NCBI GenBank assembly: GCA_036677365.1
Contig: JAVBWN010000020.1
Span: forward strand, 1 to 36,027
DNA from: Acholeplasma sp.
GTDB taxonomy: Bacteria; Bacillota_I; Bacilli_A; Acholeplasmatales; UBA5453
Length of the DNA stretch: 36,027 bases
Direction of reading: 5' to 3'
The first letter of the stretch is position 1, and the number at the start of each line of letters is the position of its first letter. The translations under genes and the position numbers were made by a program. Shown here one piece after another: positions 28,118-36,027 of the stretch. Below the pieces are notes generated by a model, which was not told where the DNA came from, made no database searches, and saw only the letters and a program-made list of their open reading frames with translations.

Positions 28118-28963
28118 TTATTTTTGGTTTTGAATGTAGTATTCAATGATGGCTTGGGTACCTGAATCCATATGGGTTTGACTGAGCCATTCGTAAACAG
28201 ATTTCGCTTGTTTCAATACAGGCAATGGGGTAACCATTTCATCGAAGGCTAAGGTTAAATCTTTTAAAAAGTGTTTGACATAAAAGCCAGGTGCGTAATT
28301 GTGATCAATCATTTTTGGACCGTTGTTGATGGCTTGCCACGAAGCAGCAGAACCTGCGCCAATGACTTGTAACATGGCGTGTGGATTTAAACCATGGTCT
28401 TTCGCAAATGTAAGTGCCTCAGCAATCCCAAGTAAATTCGAAGCGATGCATATTTGATTGGCCAACTTAGCGTATTGTCCAGCACCAGCAGTACCCATAT
28501 AAGTAATTCGGGAAGTCATCGTCTCTAACAATGGTTTTACCGTAAGATAAGCCGCTTCATCACCACCAACCATCATCGATAAAGTCCCATTTTTAGCACC
28601 AATATCACCCCCAGTGACTGGGGCGTCTAAGACAATCAACTGTTTTTCTAGACCAATCGATGCCAAGCGACCGGCCAACTTAGGTGAAGAGGTGGTCATG
28701 TCGATGAAAATCGTCTCTTTCTTGGCGTAATTGAACGCGGTAAGTAGTACCGATTCTACTTCACTTGGATAGCCAACGATGCTAAAAATGACGTCCTTAT
28801 CGACCACCAAAGATTCTATGCTTTCCGCAATCTCAAACTCGTCCTTTAAGTGTTTGATCTTTTCCAACGTACGGTTATAAATCGTAATTTCATGGCCCGA
28901 TTTTTTCAAATGTCTAACCATCGGTAATCCCATGATTCCAATGCCTATAAACCCAATTTTCAT
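28118..28963 (-). CDS. NAD(P)-dependent 3-hydroxyisobutyrate dehydrogenase/GarR-family oxidoreductase
   Basis: IGFIGIGIMG, DMTTSSP, DAPVTGG, GAGQYAKLANQ, FYVKHFLKDL. Confidence 0.9.
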   Translation of the reverse strand: MKIGFIGIGIMGLPMVRHLKKSGHEITIYNRTLEKIKHLKDEFEIAESIESLVVDKDVIFSIVGYPSEVESVLLTAFNYAKKETIFIDMTTSSPKLAGRLASIGLEKQLIVLDAPVTGGDIGAKNGTLSMMVGGDEAAYLTVKPLLETMTSRITYMGTAGAGQYAKLANQICIASNLLGIAEALTFAKDHGLNPHAMLQVIGAGSAASWQAINNGPKMIDHNYAPGFYVKHFLKDLTLAFDEMVTPLPVLKQAKSVYEWLSQTHMDSGTQAIIEYYIQNQK

Positions 28964-29072
28964 AACTGACAACCCCTTTATTTTATAGATTTTCTTAAAG
29001 ATATGTGGTCTTTTAAGACCAATTATGATATACTCATACTTAGATTATAAGGGAATAGTAGAGGTTAAATCA

Positions 29073-29339
29073 ATGAGAGAAATCAAACAAATCACCTGCA
29101 CACAATGTCACAACAAGTATTATGACGACCAAGACACCTGTCCGTTTTGTGGGCATACCACCAGACGCGCTTACAATGAATCCAAGCGCTCAGATGATTT
29201 TTTCAAAGATGAGCCTAAAGTAGAACATAAAAATACATCCTCAAAACTCGAAGACCAAGACATCATCATTCTTGTCATTCTCGCTGTTGTTTTCTGGCCA
29301 GCAGCGTTGATTTATTACTTTGTTAAAATTAGAAAGTAG
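29073..29339 (+). CDS. Small zinc-ribbon membrane protein
   Basis: CTQC-x10-CPFC and a C-terminal TM; RBS GAGG. Confidence 0.7.
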   Translation: MREIKQITCTQCHNKYYDDQDTCPFCGHTTRRAYNESKRSDDFFKDEPKVEHKNTSSKLEDQDIIILVILAVVFWPAALIYYFVKIRK

Positions 29340-29348
29340 GTAGGTTCA

Positions 29349-30266
29349 ATGAAAATCTTCATCCAACCACGTATTTTAGAAAGCAAGTATGTCGAGCAAC
29401 TGAAAACACGTTTCCCCATGGTTAATTTTGTCGATGTAATTGACCCGGGCATTGACGCAGCCATTGTGTATCCTAATTTTTTAAACAAGGATAACTTATC
29501 TGTCTTGCCGAAACTCAAATGGGCACAATCCCTCATGGTGGGCTACAATGTCGTTGACCAAGCGACGATGAAAGCGAAAAACATCATATTCACCAATGCG
29601 AAAGATGTCTATGCCATCACGATTGCTGAGGACATCATTACGAAGATTTTAGTCATCAACAGAAATGTGAAAAAATATGTCCATCAAATGGATGAAGGTA
29701 TTTGGAAACCCCACCGTTTTGAACCTGAAATCTATGGGTCAACCGTTGGATTTTTAGGTTCTGGGTCACTCGCGAACGCCGCTGCCAGCCGTTTAAAAGC
29801 CTTTGGTGCACGCCTAATTACTTACCGTAAATCCGATTTACCTAACCCTGTTTTTGATGAAACTTACACGGGTGAAGCCGGTTTAAAGCGCGTGTTAGAA
29901 CAGAGCGATTATGTCGTCATCACTTTACCACTCAATGAAAATACGAATCATTTAATCGATGCTGAAAAACTTTCTTGGATGAAAAAAGAAGCATTACTCA
30001 TCAATGTGGGCCGTGGTGAAGTGGTGGATCAAAATGCATTGATTCAAGCTTTACAACAAGGCAACCTACGTGGGGCGGGCTTAGATGTCATGGTACCTGA
30101 ACCATTACCTAAAGAATCCCCCCTATGGTATATGGATAATGTCTACATCACACCGCATAACGCACCTTCAAGCCCATTCATGATGTCTCGTCTTTACGAT
30201 TTAGTTGAAGACAACATCGGTCGTTTCTTGGAACAAAAACCCCTCAAAAATACCGTGATATTTTAG
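29349..30266 (+). CDS. D-2-hydroxyacid dehydrogenase family protein
   Basis: GFLGSGSLA, LINVGRG, AGLDVMVPEPL, ITPHNA. Confidence 0.9.
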   Translation: MKIFIQPRILESKYVEQLKTRFPMVNFVDVIDPGIDAAIVYPNFLNKDNLSVLPKLKWAQSLMVGYNVVDQATMKAKNIIFTNAKDVYAITIAEDIITKILVINRNVKKYVHQMDEGIWKPHRFEPEIYGSTVGFLGSGSLANAAASRLKAFGARLITYRKSDLPNPVFDETYTGEAGLKRVLEQSDYVVITLPLNENTNHLIDAEKLSWMKKEALLINVGRGEVVDQNALIQALQQGNLRGAGLDVMVPEPLPKESPLWYMDNVYITPHNAPSSPFMMSRLYDLVEDNIGRFLEQKPLKNTVIF

Positions 30267-30274
30267 GAGATTGC

Positions 30275-31027
30275 ATGGAAGAATACCTAGAGATTTTGTC
30301 GGCTGACCTCAGAATGGTCATGGATGAGCTGCTTGCTCATGTCGAAAAACGCACCAAATTGAAACCTGTGATCATGTTTTCCATCCCGGCATTTAAGCTC
30401 ACCATGGATGTGATGTTGGCTTTTGACATCACACCAACCTATGTGGGTTTATATACCACCGACCAAGAAAGCATCCACAAAGCAAAAGCGCGTTTAAGTA
30501 ACGCTATTTTTGGTGTTTCATCGATCAAAGTCGATCGAACCAGCCGTGAAGCGATTGAAGTCATTAAAGATATTTGTGATGACGTCATCATGAAATATAT
30601 GGTATTTAACCCACAGGCACTCTATGAAGCACTCGACGATAAAAATCAAAAATACAGTGACGCCGCTTATCAAAAATTACTCGATATCTTGGAAGAAAAT
30701 GAAATCCCTCAAATCGATTTTTATTTTTTACTGAGACACCCAAAGAGAGACTATATATCCTATGGTATTGGATTATTATTACACAGTCTAAAATATGACC
30801 ATAAACACAACTATGATGGGTATTTGATCGAATATTTTAAACTTTTAGAACTACCATATTTTACAACCATGATTGAAGCCATCGGTGGTTTTGCCTGGTG
30901 GATTCATGAAAAACCTTATTTAAAACAAACGATTAAAAACCATTTAAAAACCTTGGATATCAGTTATTTTAAAGACATCCAACAAGAAAAAATCAAAGTT
31001 GAAATTGAAAAAATCCTTCAACTTTAA
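30275..31027 (+). CDS. Hypothetical protein (N-terminus weakly DUF1801/YdhG-like)
   Basis: Long ORF with RBS AGGAG in operon context; EYL...IPAFK...VGLY pattern. Confidence 0.6.
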   Translation: MEEYLEILSADLRMVMDELLAHVEKRTKLKPVIMFSIPAFKLTMDVMLAFDITPTYVGLYTTDQESIHKAKARLSNAIFGVSSIKVDRTSREAIEVIKDICDDVIMKYMVFNPQALYEALDDKNQKYSDAAYQKLLDILEENEIPQIDFYFLLRHPKRDYISYGIGLLLHSLKYDHKHNYDGYLIEYFKLLELPYFTTMIEAIGGFAWWIHEKPYLKQTIKNHLKTLDISYFKDIQQEKIKVEIEKILQL

Positions 31028-31036
31028 AGGAACCCT

Positions 31037-32353
31037 ATGAAAACCATTGAAATTACCAAAACCGACAACTATGGCTACGCTATCGTTGAAATTGACTCAA
31101 AAACCTATCGACTACCCAATCTCTTGGTGGGTGAAAAAGTTCAAGTCGACAGGACAACCAAAGGGTTAGATGTCATCAAACGTTTATCCGATAGCCCTAA
31201 TCGTGTCGCTGTCCGCTGCCCAAAATACGATACCTGCGGTGGTTGCCAATTGATGCATCTATCTTATGAAAATCAACTCAAACTCAAACAACAACAAATC
31301 CTTGAACAATGCGAAAAATATCAGCTAGAGGTAAACGTATTACCGCCATTGGGCTCTTTAGAACCTTTTAACTACCGTAATAAGATTCAAATGACCTTTA
31401 AAGAACATAAAGGCAAGATTGTGGCTGGACTCTATGAGGAAAACACCCATAAAGTCGTCAACATTGCAGATTGTGATATTCAAGATAAAGTAGCGAATCA
31501 AATCATCCATACGATTAAGGCATTGATGAAAAAACACAAAATACCTGCGTATGATGAAGACAAAAGAACAGGCATCATTCGCCATGTATTGGTGAAACGC
31601 AGCCTAGAAACCAAACAAATATTGGTGGTCATTGTGACCCCATCGAACATATTCCCTGGCCGTAACAATTTAGTGAAAGACTTGAATCTCGCGCATCCAG
31701 ACATCACATCGATCGTACACAACATCAACGACCGTAAGACATCGATTGTTTTGGGGGATGAATCCAAAATCATCACCGGTAAAGGCTACATTGAAGATGT
31801 ATTGATGGGTAAGCGTTTCTTGATTGGCCCCAAAACATTTTATCAAGTCAATGCCCATCAAACAGAAGTGCTCTATGGTGAAGTCTTAAAAAGTCTTAAA
31901 CCAAAAAAGACCGATGTCATTTTAGATGCTTATGCAGGCATTGGTACGATTGGTATGATGTTATCAGAACATGTATCGAAAGTATTATCGGTTGAAATCA
32001 ACAAAGAATCTGTAAAAAACGCCATTAAAAATGCAGAACTTAATGGCATTAAAAACATTGAATTTGTCGCGATGGATGCGAAAGACTATATGTTAGCCTT
32101 GGTAGAACAAAAAACCAAATTAGACGCGATTGTGGTTGACCCACCACGCGCTGGATTGGATTTAGAGTTCGTTAAAGCCATTCAAGTTTTAAAACCAAAG
32201 AAGGTTGTTTATGTGTCGTGTGACCCAGAAACATTGGTAAGGGATTTAAAACAACTTTCGAGAATTTATCACATCGGAGACATTCAACCTGTAGATATGT
32301 TTTCTCAAACGTATCACATCGAAAGTGTCGTTTTGTTAACATCTAAAAATTAA
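31037..32353 (+). CDS. rlmD: 23S rRNA (uracil-5)-methyltransferase RlmD/RumA
   Basis: CPKYDTCGGC Fe-S motif, YRNK, FYQVN, DAYAGIG, VDPPRAG, YVSCDP, VDMFSQTYHIESV. Confidence 0.93.
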   Translation: MKTIEITKTDNYGYAIVEIDSKTYRLPNLLVGEKVQVDRTTKGLDVIKRLSDSPNRVAVRCPKYDTCGGCQLMHLSYENQLKLKQQQILEQCEKYQLEVNVLPPLGSLEPFNYRNKIQMTFKEHKGKIVAGLYEENTHKVVNIADCDIQDKVANQIIHTIKALMKKHKIPAYDEDKRTGIIRHVLVKRSLETKQILVVIVTPSNIFPGRNNLVKDLNLAHPDITSIVHNINDRKTSIVLGDESKIITGKGYIEDVLMGKRFLIGPKTFYQVNAHQTEVLYGEVLKSLKPKKTDVILDAYAGIGTIGMMLSEHVSKVLSVEINKESVKNAIKNAELNGIKNIEFVAMDAKDYMLALVEQKTKLDAIVVDPPRAGLDLEFVKAIQVLKPKKVVYVSCDPETLVRDLKQLSRIYHIGDIQPVDMFSQTYHIESVVLLTSKN

Positions 32354-32375
32354 GAATCCAATTTGGAGGTATATC

Positions 32376-33104
32376 ATGGAAAAAAGAAGCTATCCAAACA
32401 TTTTATTCATTATTGGGCTCATCACAAATTGCCTATTTCATTATTTTTGGCTATTTATACCTGCCATGATTTTTCTCATAATTGGTATTTTCTATAGACC
32501 GTTTAGCTATCTAGGGATAGCCTTGCTTGGAATAGATATTCTGTTGAGTTTTGTTGAACAATTTAAAATTCGTCGTACTTTTCTAAAAAACAGTGATCAT
32601 CCTGATTTTCAAGCCTTCCAACATGCACTGTCAGATCAAGAAAACTGGCTAAAAAATGTTCATGAATTACTCAATCAAAAAATTGAAAGCAATGAAATCA
32701 AACCTGAGGATGAAAACAAGTCTAAGTCTCAAGATGAACAGGATGGAAGTTACTTTGTGAATATCGTTAGAAACTCTAATAATGTTGGTTTTTTTCTCGA
32801 GAATATCACGGGCATTGTGGGTATTAATTATATCACCGAGTTAAATCAAAATTATGAGTACCAAGCCAACTTAATTATCCAATTTAAAACAAATGATCAT
32901 GACTTTTTGAGTATAAAATTTTACAACATTTCTGCTGGTAGTTTAAATGATTTGGGTGGGCGTATAATTCAATTAAATAGTCTCGAAATTATTGAAAATG
33001 CTAGTTATGAAAAAAAACAAAGGTTTCATGTCAAAGATTATGAAAATGGCATAATCGATTTTTATTGTGAATCTTATGAAGAAATCATAGAAAAAAACAA
33101 TTAA
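32376..33104 (+). CDS. Hypothetical protein, possibly two fused ORFs (N-terminal membrane part, C-terminal soluble part)
   Basis: RBS GGAGG; hydrophobic first ~60 aa, acidic linker, then an AT-rich soluble domain. Confidence 0.55.
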   Translation: MEKRSYPNILFIIGLITNCLFHYFWLFIPAMIFLIIGIFYRPFSYLGIALLGIDILLSFVEQFKIRRTFLKNSDHPDFQAFQHALSDQENWLKNVHELLNQKIESNEIKPEDENKSKSQDEQDGSYFVNIVRNSNNVGFFLENITGIVGINYITELNQNYEYQANLIIQFKTNDHDFLSIKFYNISAGSLNDLGGRIIQLNSLEIIENASYEKKQRFHVKDYENGIIDFYCESYEEIIEKNN

Positions 33105-33168
33105 GACAAAATACTGACATTTTGAATCACTTGAAATTAGATTGATGAGAGAACTGAGAGGTTTTTAA

Positions 33169-33606
33169 ATGATGAAGTTTAATTTGAGAAAATCCATTTG
33201 GAATGATTATATACTGATGATTTTGATATTATTTCCAGTCATTTTTTCTGGATTTTTGATTTTTTTCTTGATTATTGAAGAACGTGATGTTTGGCTATTA
33301 TCCACTTTTGTTATACTGATAACCTCATTTTTAATTCTACTATATGTCAGAATTAGATATATAAAATCCTTCTTGGAGGGCGTGACCTTGCAAGGGGTGA
33401 TTTTAAGTGTAGGGTTTTTCAAGGATCGTGGTAGGATTGAATACATGTATGTATATGATCAAAAAAATCATAAACATGGCCAAGCCATCATGAAAAATAA
33501 ATATACTACCCAATTAAAACACGGTCAAGCCATTTATGTTTTGAAAAAGAAAATCAATCATAAAACAATAATTCGAGATTTGTATTTCGATTTTCACGAA
33601 CAATAA
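33169..33606 (+). CDS. Hypothetical membrane protein (two TM helices plus a small beta-rich domain)
   Basis: RBS GAGG; two hydrophobic helices, then KDRGRIEYMY. Confidence 0.65.
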   Translation: MMKFNLRKSIWNDYILMILILFPVIFSGFLIFFLIIEERDVWLLSTFVILITSFLILLYVRIRYIKSFLEGVTLQGVILSVGFFKDRGRIEYMYVYDQKNHKHGQAIMKNKYTTQLKHGQAIYVLKKKINHKTIIRDLYFDFHEQ

Positions 33607-33658
33607 TATCCATGTAAATAATGAAACTTACAAATCACTAGGACACTTGGGAGGTTAT

Positions 33659-34030
33659 ATGAAGAAGCTAATTGCATTGTTGGTTGGAGAAAACCAAGAC
33701 ATACGCATCGCTATATCGATGCTCATACCACCGCTATTTTTTGTCTTATTCATTTTACTCAGTTTTCGCATCGATTATAAAACCGTCATTACTGCCATTT
33801 TAGGTTTTGACATTTTTGCTGGTCTTCTAAGCAACTTTCAAGAAAAAACCCACGAAGCATGGCGAAAACAACCCAAAGCCGCATTGATTGGTTTTGTTGT
33901 TTTCCATTTGACCATCTACCCACTCGCGGTGATTATATGCCAAGTATCCATTCCTTTGATGGTGTTTATGCTTGGATTATTGATTACCAAAACAGCAGGG
34001 TTTGCGATCGGAACAAACCTTTGGAAATAG
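33659..34030 (+). CDS. Hypothetical membrane protein
   Basis: RBS GGGAGG before ATG 33659; about 4 hydrophobic segments. Confidence 0.65.
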   Translation: MKKLIALLVGENQDIRIAISMLIPPLFFVLFILLSFRIDYKTVITAILGFDIFAGLLSNFQEKTHEAWRKQPKAALIGFVVFHLTIYPLAVIICQVSIPLMVFMLGLLITKTAGFAIGTNLWK

Positions 34031-34085
34031 ATGGATAAACCAGATGAGTTCACACGATTGTTAGTGATTACAAAAGGAGAAGCCC

Positions 34086-34481
34086 ATGAGAGAACTTTGG
34101 ATTAACTTGATTGTAAAAGACTTAAAAGCATCAAAACGTTTTTACCAACAGTTGGGTTTTGTTTTCAACCCACGGTTCGAACAAGCCAACGAAGTAGCGA
34201 GTCTATTGTTCAATGATAAATCACTGTCTGTGATGTTATTTGAAGAAACCTTTTTTCACGGGAAATTACCGAAGGGTTTGTCATCCAATACGGAGCAAAA
34301 AGACACCTTGTTATCGATTTCTGCGGACTCAGTAGAAGATGCTGATTTATTGGTAGAAAAAGCCATTCAAGCAGGTGGTAAAAAATTGTCTGACCCAGCG
34401 TGGAGTGGCCAAATGTATAATACAGGTTTTATCGATTTGGATGGCCATTGGTGGAACATCTTATACTATAAAATGGGCTAA
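34086..34481 (+). CDS. VOC/glyoxalase family protein
   Basis: WINLIVKDLKASKRFYQQLGF, AIQAGGK, FIDLDGHWWN. Confidence 0.88.
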   Translation: MRELWINLIVKDLKASKRFYQQLGFVFNPRFEQANEVASLLFNDKSLSVMLFEETFFHGKLPKGLSSNTEQKDTLLSISADSVEDADLLVEKAIQAGGKKLSDPAWSGQMYNTGFIDLDGHWWNILYYKMG

Positions 34482-34510
34482 CAGGCTTTGTTTAGTCAGA
34501 GAGGATTACG

Positions 34511-35236
34511 ATGAACCAACCACTCAAAATCATCGGTCGTGGGAAAATATCCACCATTTATACCGATGGCGAATATGCTTATAAAACATACCCAGATCAT
34601 TATCCATGCCACTTTATTCAATACGAAATGGATACCCATCTTTCTATACAAAACCATACCAAATTGCCTCTGATTCATTACTATGAACTGAAAGATAGAC
34701 ACATACGTATGACTTATATCAAAGGTATTACTCTAGCGGATCGAATGAGAAAAGAAAAGTATTCAAACGCACTCGAAGATTTGGTTCAGTTACAAGTATC
34801 TATTTACCAATATGCAGTTCCTGGGTTAACTAACGCGAAAAACGTATTTCAACAACAAATTGTGTCCTCCAAATTGAGTGATGAACTCAAAGAGATGGCT
34901 TTAAAGAGTCTTAACAGTATTGAACCAAAAACCACCTTATTACATTTGGATTTTCACCCAGAAAACATTTTATTCGACGGCCAGTCTTATAAAATCATCG
35001 ATTGGGTCAATGCGAAAGCAGGCAACCCAGTGATGGATATTGCGAGAACGTATGTGATCTTCAAGCAGTATTTGAGTCGTCAAGCCAATAAATACGTAAA
35101 AATGATTTGCAAAACCATTCAGATTGACCCAAATGACGTTTATCAAGCGGTACCGCTCATGGCTTTCTTAAGAATTCTTGAGAACGATGCCGATCCTTTT
35201 AGAACCAACTTAGAATCACTCGTTCAGGAGGTTTAA
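34511..35236 (+). CDS. Aminoglycoside phosphotransferase (APH)/kinase-like family protein
   Basis: IIGRG, HLDFHPENIL, IIDW, DIARTY motifs. Confidence 0.8.
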   Translation: MNQPLKIIGRGKISTIYTDGEYAYKTYPDHYPCHFIQYEMDTHLSIQNHTKLPLIHYYELKDRHIRMTYIKGITLADRMRKEKYSNALEDLVQLQVSIYQYAVPGLTNAKNVFQQQIVSSKLSDELKEMALKSLNSIEPKTTLLHLDFHPENILFDGQSYKIIDWVNAKAGNPVMDIARTYVIFKQYLSRQANKYVKMICKTIQIDPNDVYQAVPLMAFLRILENDADPFRTNLESLVQEV

Positions 35237-35237
35237 C

Positions 35238-35573
35238 ATGTCTAAGGATGTTTTGATGTATGTATCTGCTTTTCCAAATCCGATTCAATTGCGTTATGAA
35301 CAATTGAGACAACTGTTGTCTCAAATTGAACCCAACATTGAGCCTTATTTATGGGCAGGTGTACCTACATTTCAAACCGAGAACCGATATGTTCGATTCA
35401 TCTTATTCAAAGACCACATCAATATCAATACGTCTTTAGGGATTTCCATATTAGAACTGAAACCACCGTATAAAGTGACACCCAAAGGGATGATTCAACT
35501 CTTTTTGATGGATGCTTTAGATGAATCGTGGTTGTTAGAACTATTCAAAACCGTCTTTTTTGTGGAGGATTAA
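35238..35573 (+). CDS. DUF1801/YdhG-like small protein
   Basis: YVSAFP...LRQL, WAGVPTF, FKDHINI, TPKGMIQL. Confidence 0.65.
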   Translation: MSKDVLMYVSAFPNPIQLRYEQLRQLLSQIEPNIEPYLWAGVPTFQTENRYVRFILFKDHININTSLGISILELKPPYKVTPKGMIQLFLMDALDESWLLELFKTVFFVED

Positions 35574-35806
35574 TGATGTTTATAACGATATTAGCGATAC
35601 TTTTCACCCTCTTATCTTTGATGGTTGCTGCATTTCAATGGTTACTTTTTTTAAAAATGCCCTGGGGTGAGTACACCATGGGTGGGTATCATCCAGGGGT
35701 ACTGCCAAAACAGTACCGTATAGCTGCGCTCATTCAATCGTTCCTTATTTTATTTAACAACACAATCAAGAAGTCCCCTTCCTCTTTAGGTAGCGGGATG
35801 AATTGA
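35573..35806 (+). pseudogene. Membrane protein gene apparently truncated by IS insertion
   Basis: Starts at a TAATG overlap; PWGEYTMGG..PGVLP...RIAALIQ motif; the second TM helix switches abruptly into IS-end-derived NNTIKKSPSSLGSGMN*. Confidence 0.6.
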
Positions 35807-35830
35807 TTCGTAAAATTCTTTCACATTTAT

Positions 35831-35859
35831 TTCACAAAACCCATAAATAATGTTATAAT
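35831..35859 (+). promoter_or_regulatory. tnpB promoter
   Basis: TTCACA, 17 bp, TATAAT with an extended -10 TG. Confidence 0.6.
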
Positions 35860-35908
35860 ATAGTTGAATAATCACTATACATAAATACTATGAAAGGGCG
35901 GATTTGGT

Positions 35909-36027
35909 ATGAACAAAGCCTTTAAGTTTCGAATCTATCCAAATGAATCTCAAAAGACTTTAATCCATATGACTCTAGGCCATAATCGCTTTCTCTGGAA
36001 TAAGATGTTAGAAGATAAACAGAAACA
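35909..36027 (+). CDS. tnpB: RNA-guided endonuclease TnpB (partial, runs off the window)
   Basis: MNKAFKFRIYPNESQKTLIHMTLGHNRFLWNKML matches the HTH_OrfB_IS605 N-terminal pattern; RBS GAAAGGG. Confidence 0.88.
   Translation, partial: MNKAFKFRIYPNESQKTLIHMTLGHNRFLWNKMLEDKQK

Larger units (their letters stand above)
35754..36027 (+). mobile_element. IS200/IS605-family (IS1341-like, apparently tnpB-only) element, left part
   Basis: Subterminal hairpin CAAGAAG-TCCCCTTCCT-CTTT-AGGTAGCGGGA-TGAATTG (35767-35805) followed about 100 nt later by tnpB; exact left boundary uncertain. Confidence 0.75.

Noticed and set aside
33105..34510. Possible attC-like or att-like repeats between the small genes after rlmD
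   Set aside because: The spacers (33105-168, 33607-658, 34031-085, 34482-510) share no repeat or palindrome that I could detect by eye.
1090..34702. Many short ORF-track entries antisense to or nested in long genes (e.g. 1090-1275, 2415-2732, 6055-6384, 15143-15493, 17464-17787, 23476-24111, 31358-31861)
   Set aside because: They overlap well-supported genes, lack an RBS and recognisable motifs, and are typical shadow ORFs.
34511..35236. Calling the APH-family ORF an aminoglycoside resistance gene
   Set aside because: Only generic kinase-fold motifs are visible; substrate specificity cannot be inferred.
1..36027. CRISPR array, tRNA/rRNA genes, prophage genes, integrase
   Set aside because: No regularly spaced direct repeats, no tRNA/rRNA signatures and no phage or recombinase ORFs are visible.

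Overview
AT-rich bacterial DNA read with the standard code (TGA is a stop, Trp is TGG). Firmicute-type promoters and T-boxes plus InlB-repeat/M6-protease lipoproteins suggest an Acholeplasmatales-like Mollicute (inference). The core (about 2.0-32.4 kb) is housekeeping and metabolic: CHEV-type GH4, amidase, a large M6 lipoprotease, PgpA/YutG, RsmB/F and RluA enzymes, buk-ptb, a split AhpF/TrxB pair, flotillin, an Arg T-box amino-acid ABC transporter, yaaA, a stand-alone Trp T-box trpB, two GGDEF proteins and rlmD. Both ends are accessory. On the left, an AbiEi/AbiEii toxin-antitoxin pair lies between two related att-like sites. The intact site is a 46-bp imperfect palindrome whose right half encodes an RlmD-like C-terminus (HVESISLL*), suggesting integrase-free defence cassettes accreted at an rlmD 3' end. 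On the right, a run of small co-oriented genes follows rlmD and ends in an IS200/IS605-family tnpB element that truncates a membrane-protein gene. Other notable items: a Y1/RAYT transposase derivative that has lost its catalytic motifs but keeps an HTH and 7 Cys beside the thioredoxin reductase genes, a partially duplicated T-box whose second module may act on translation, and an unannotated 35-aa highly basic ORF with its own promoter and terminator. All calls come from motif reading only; no searches were run.
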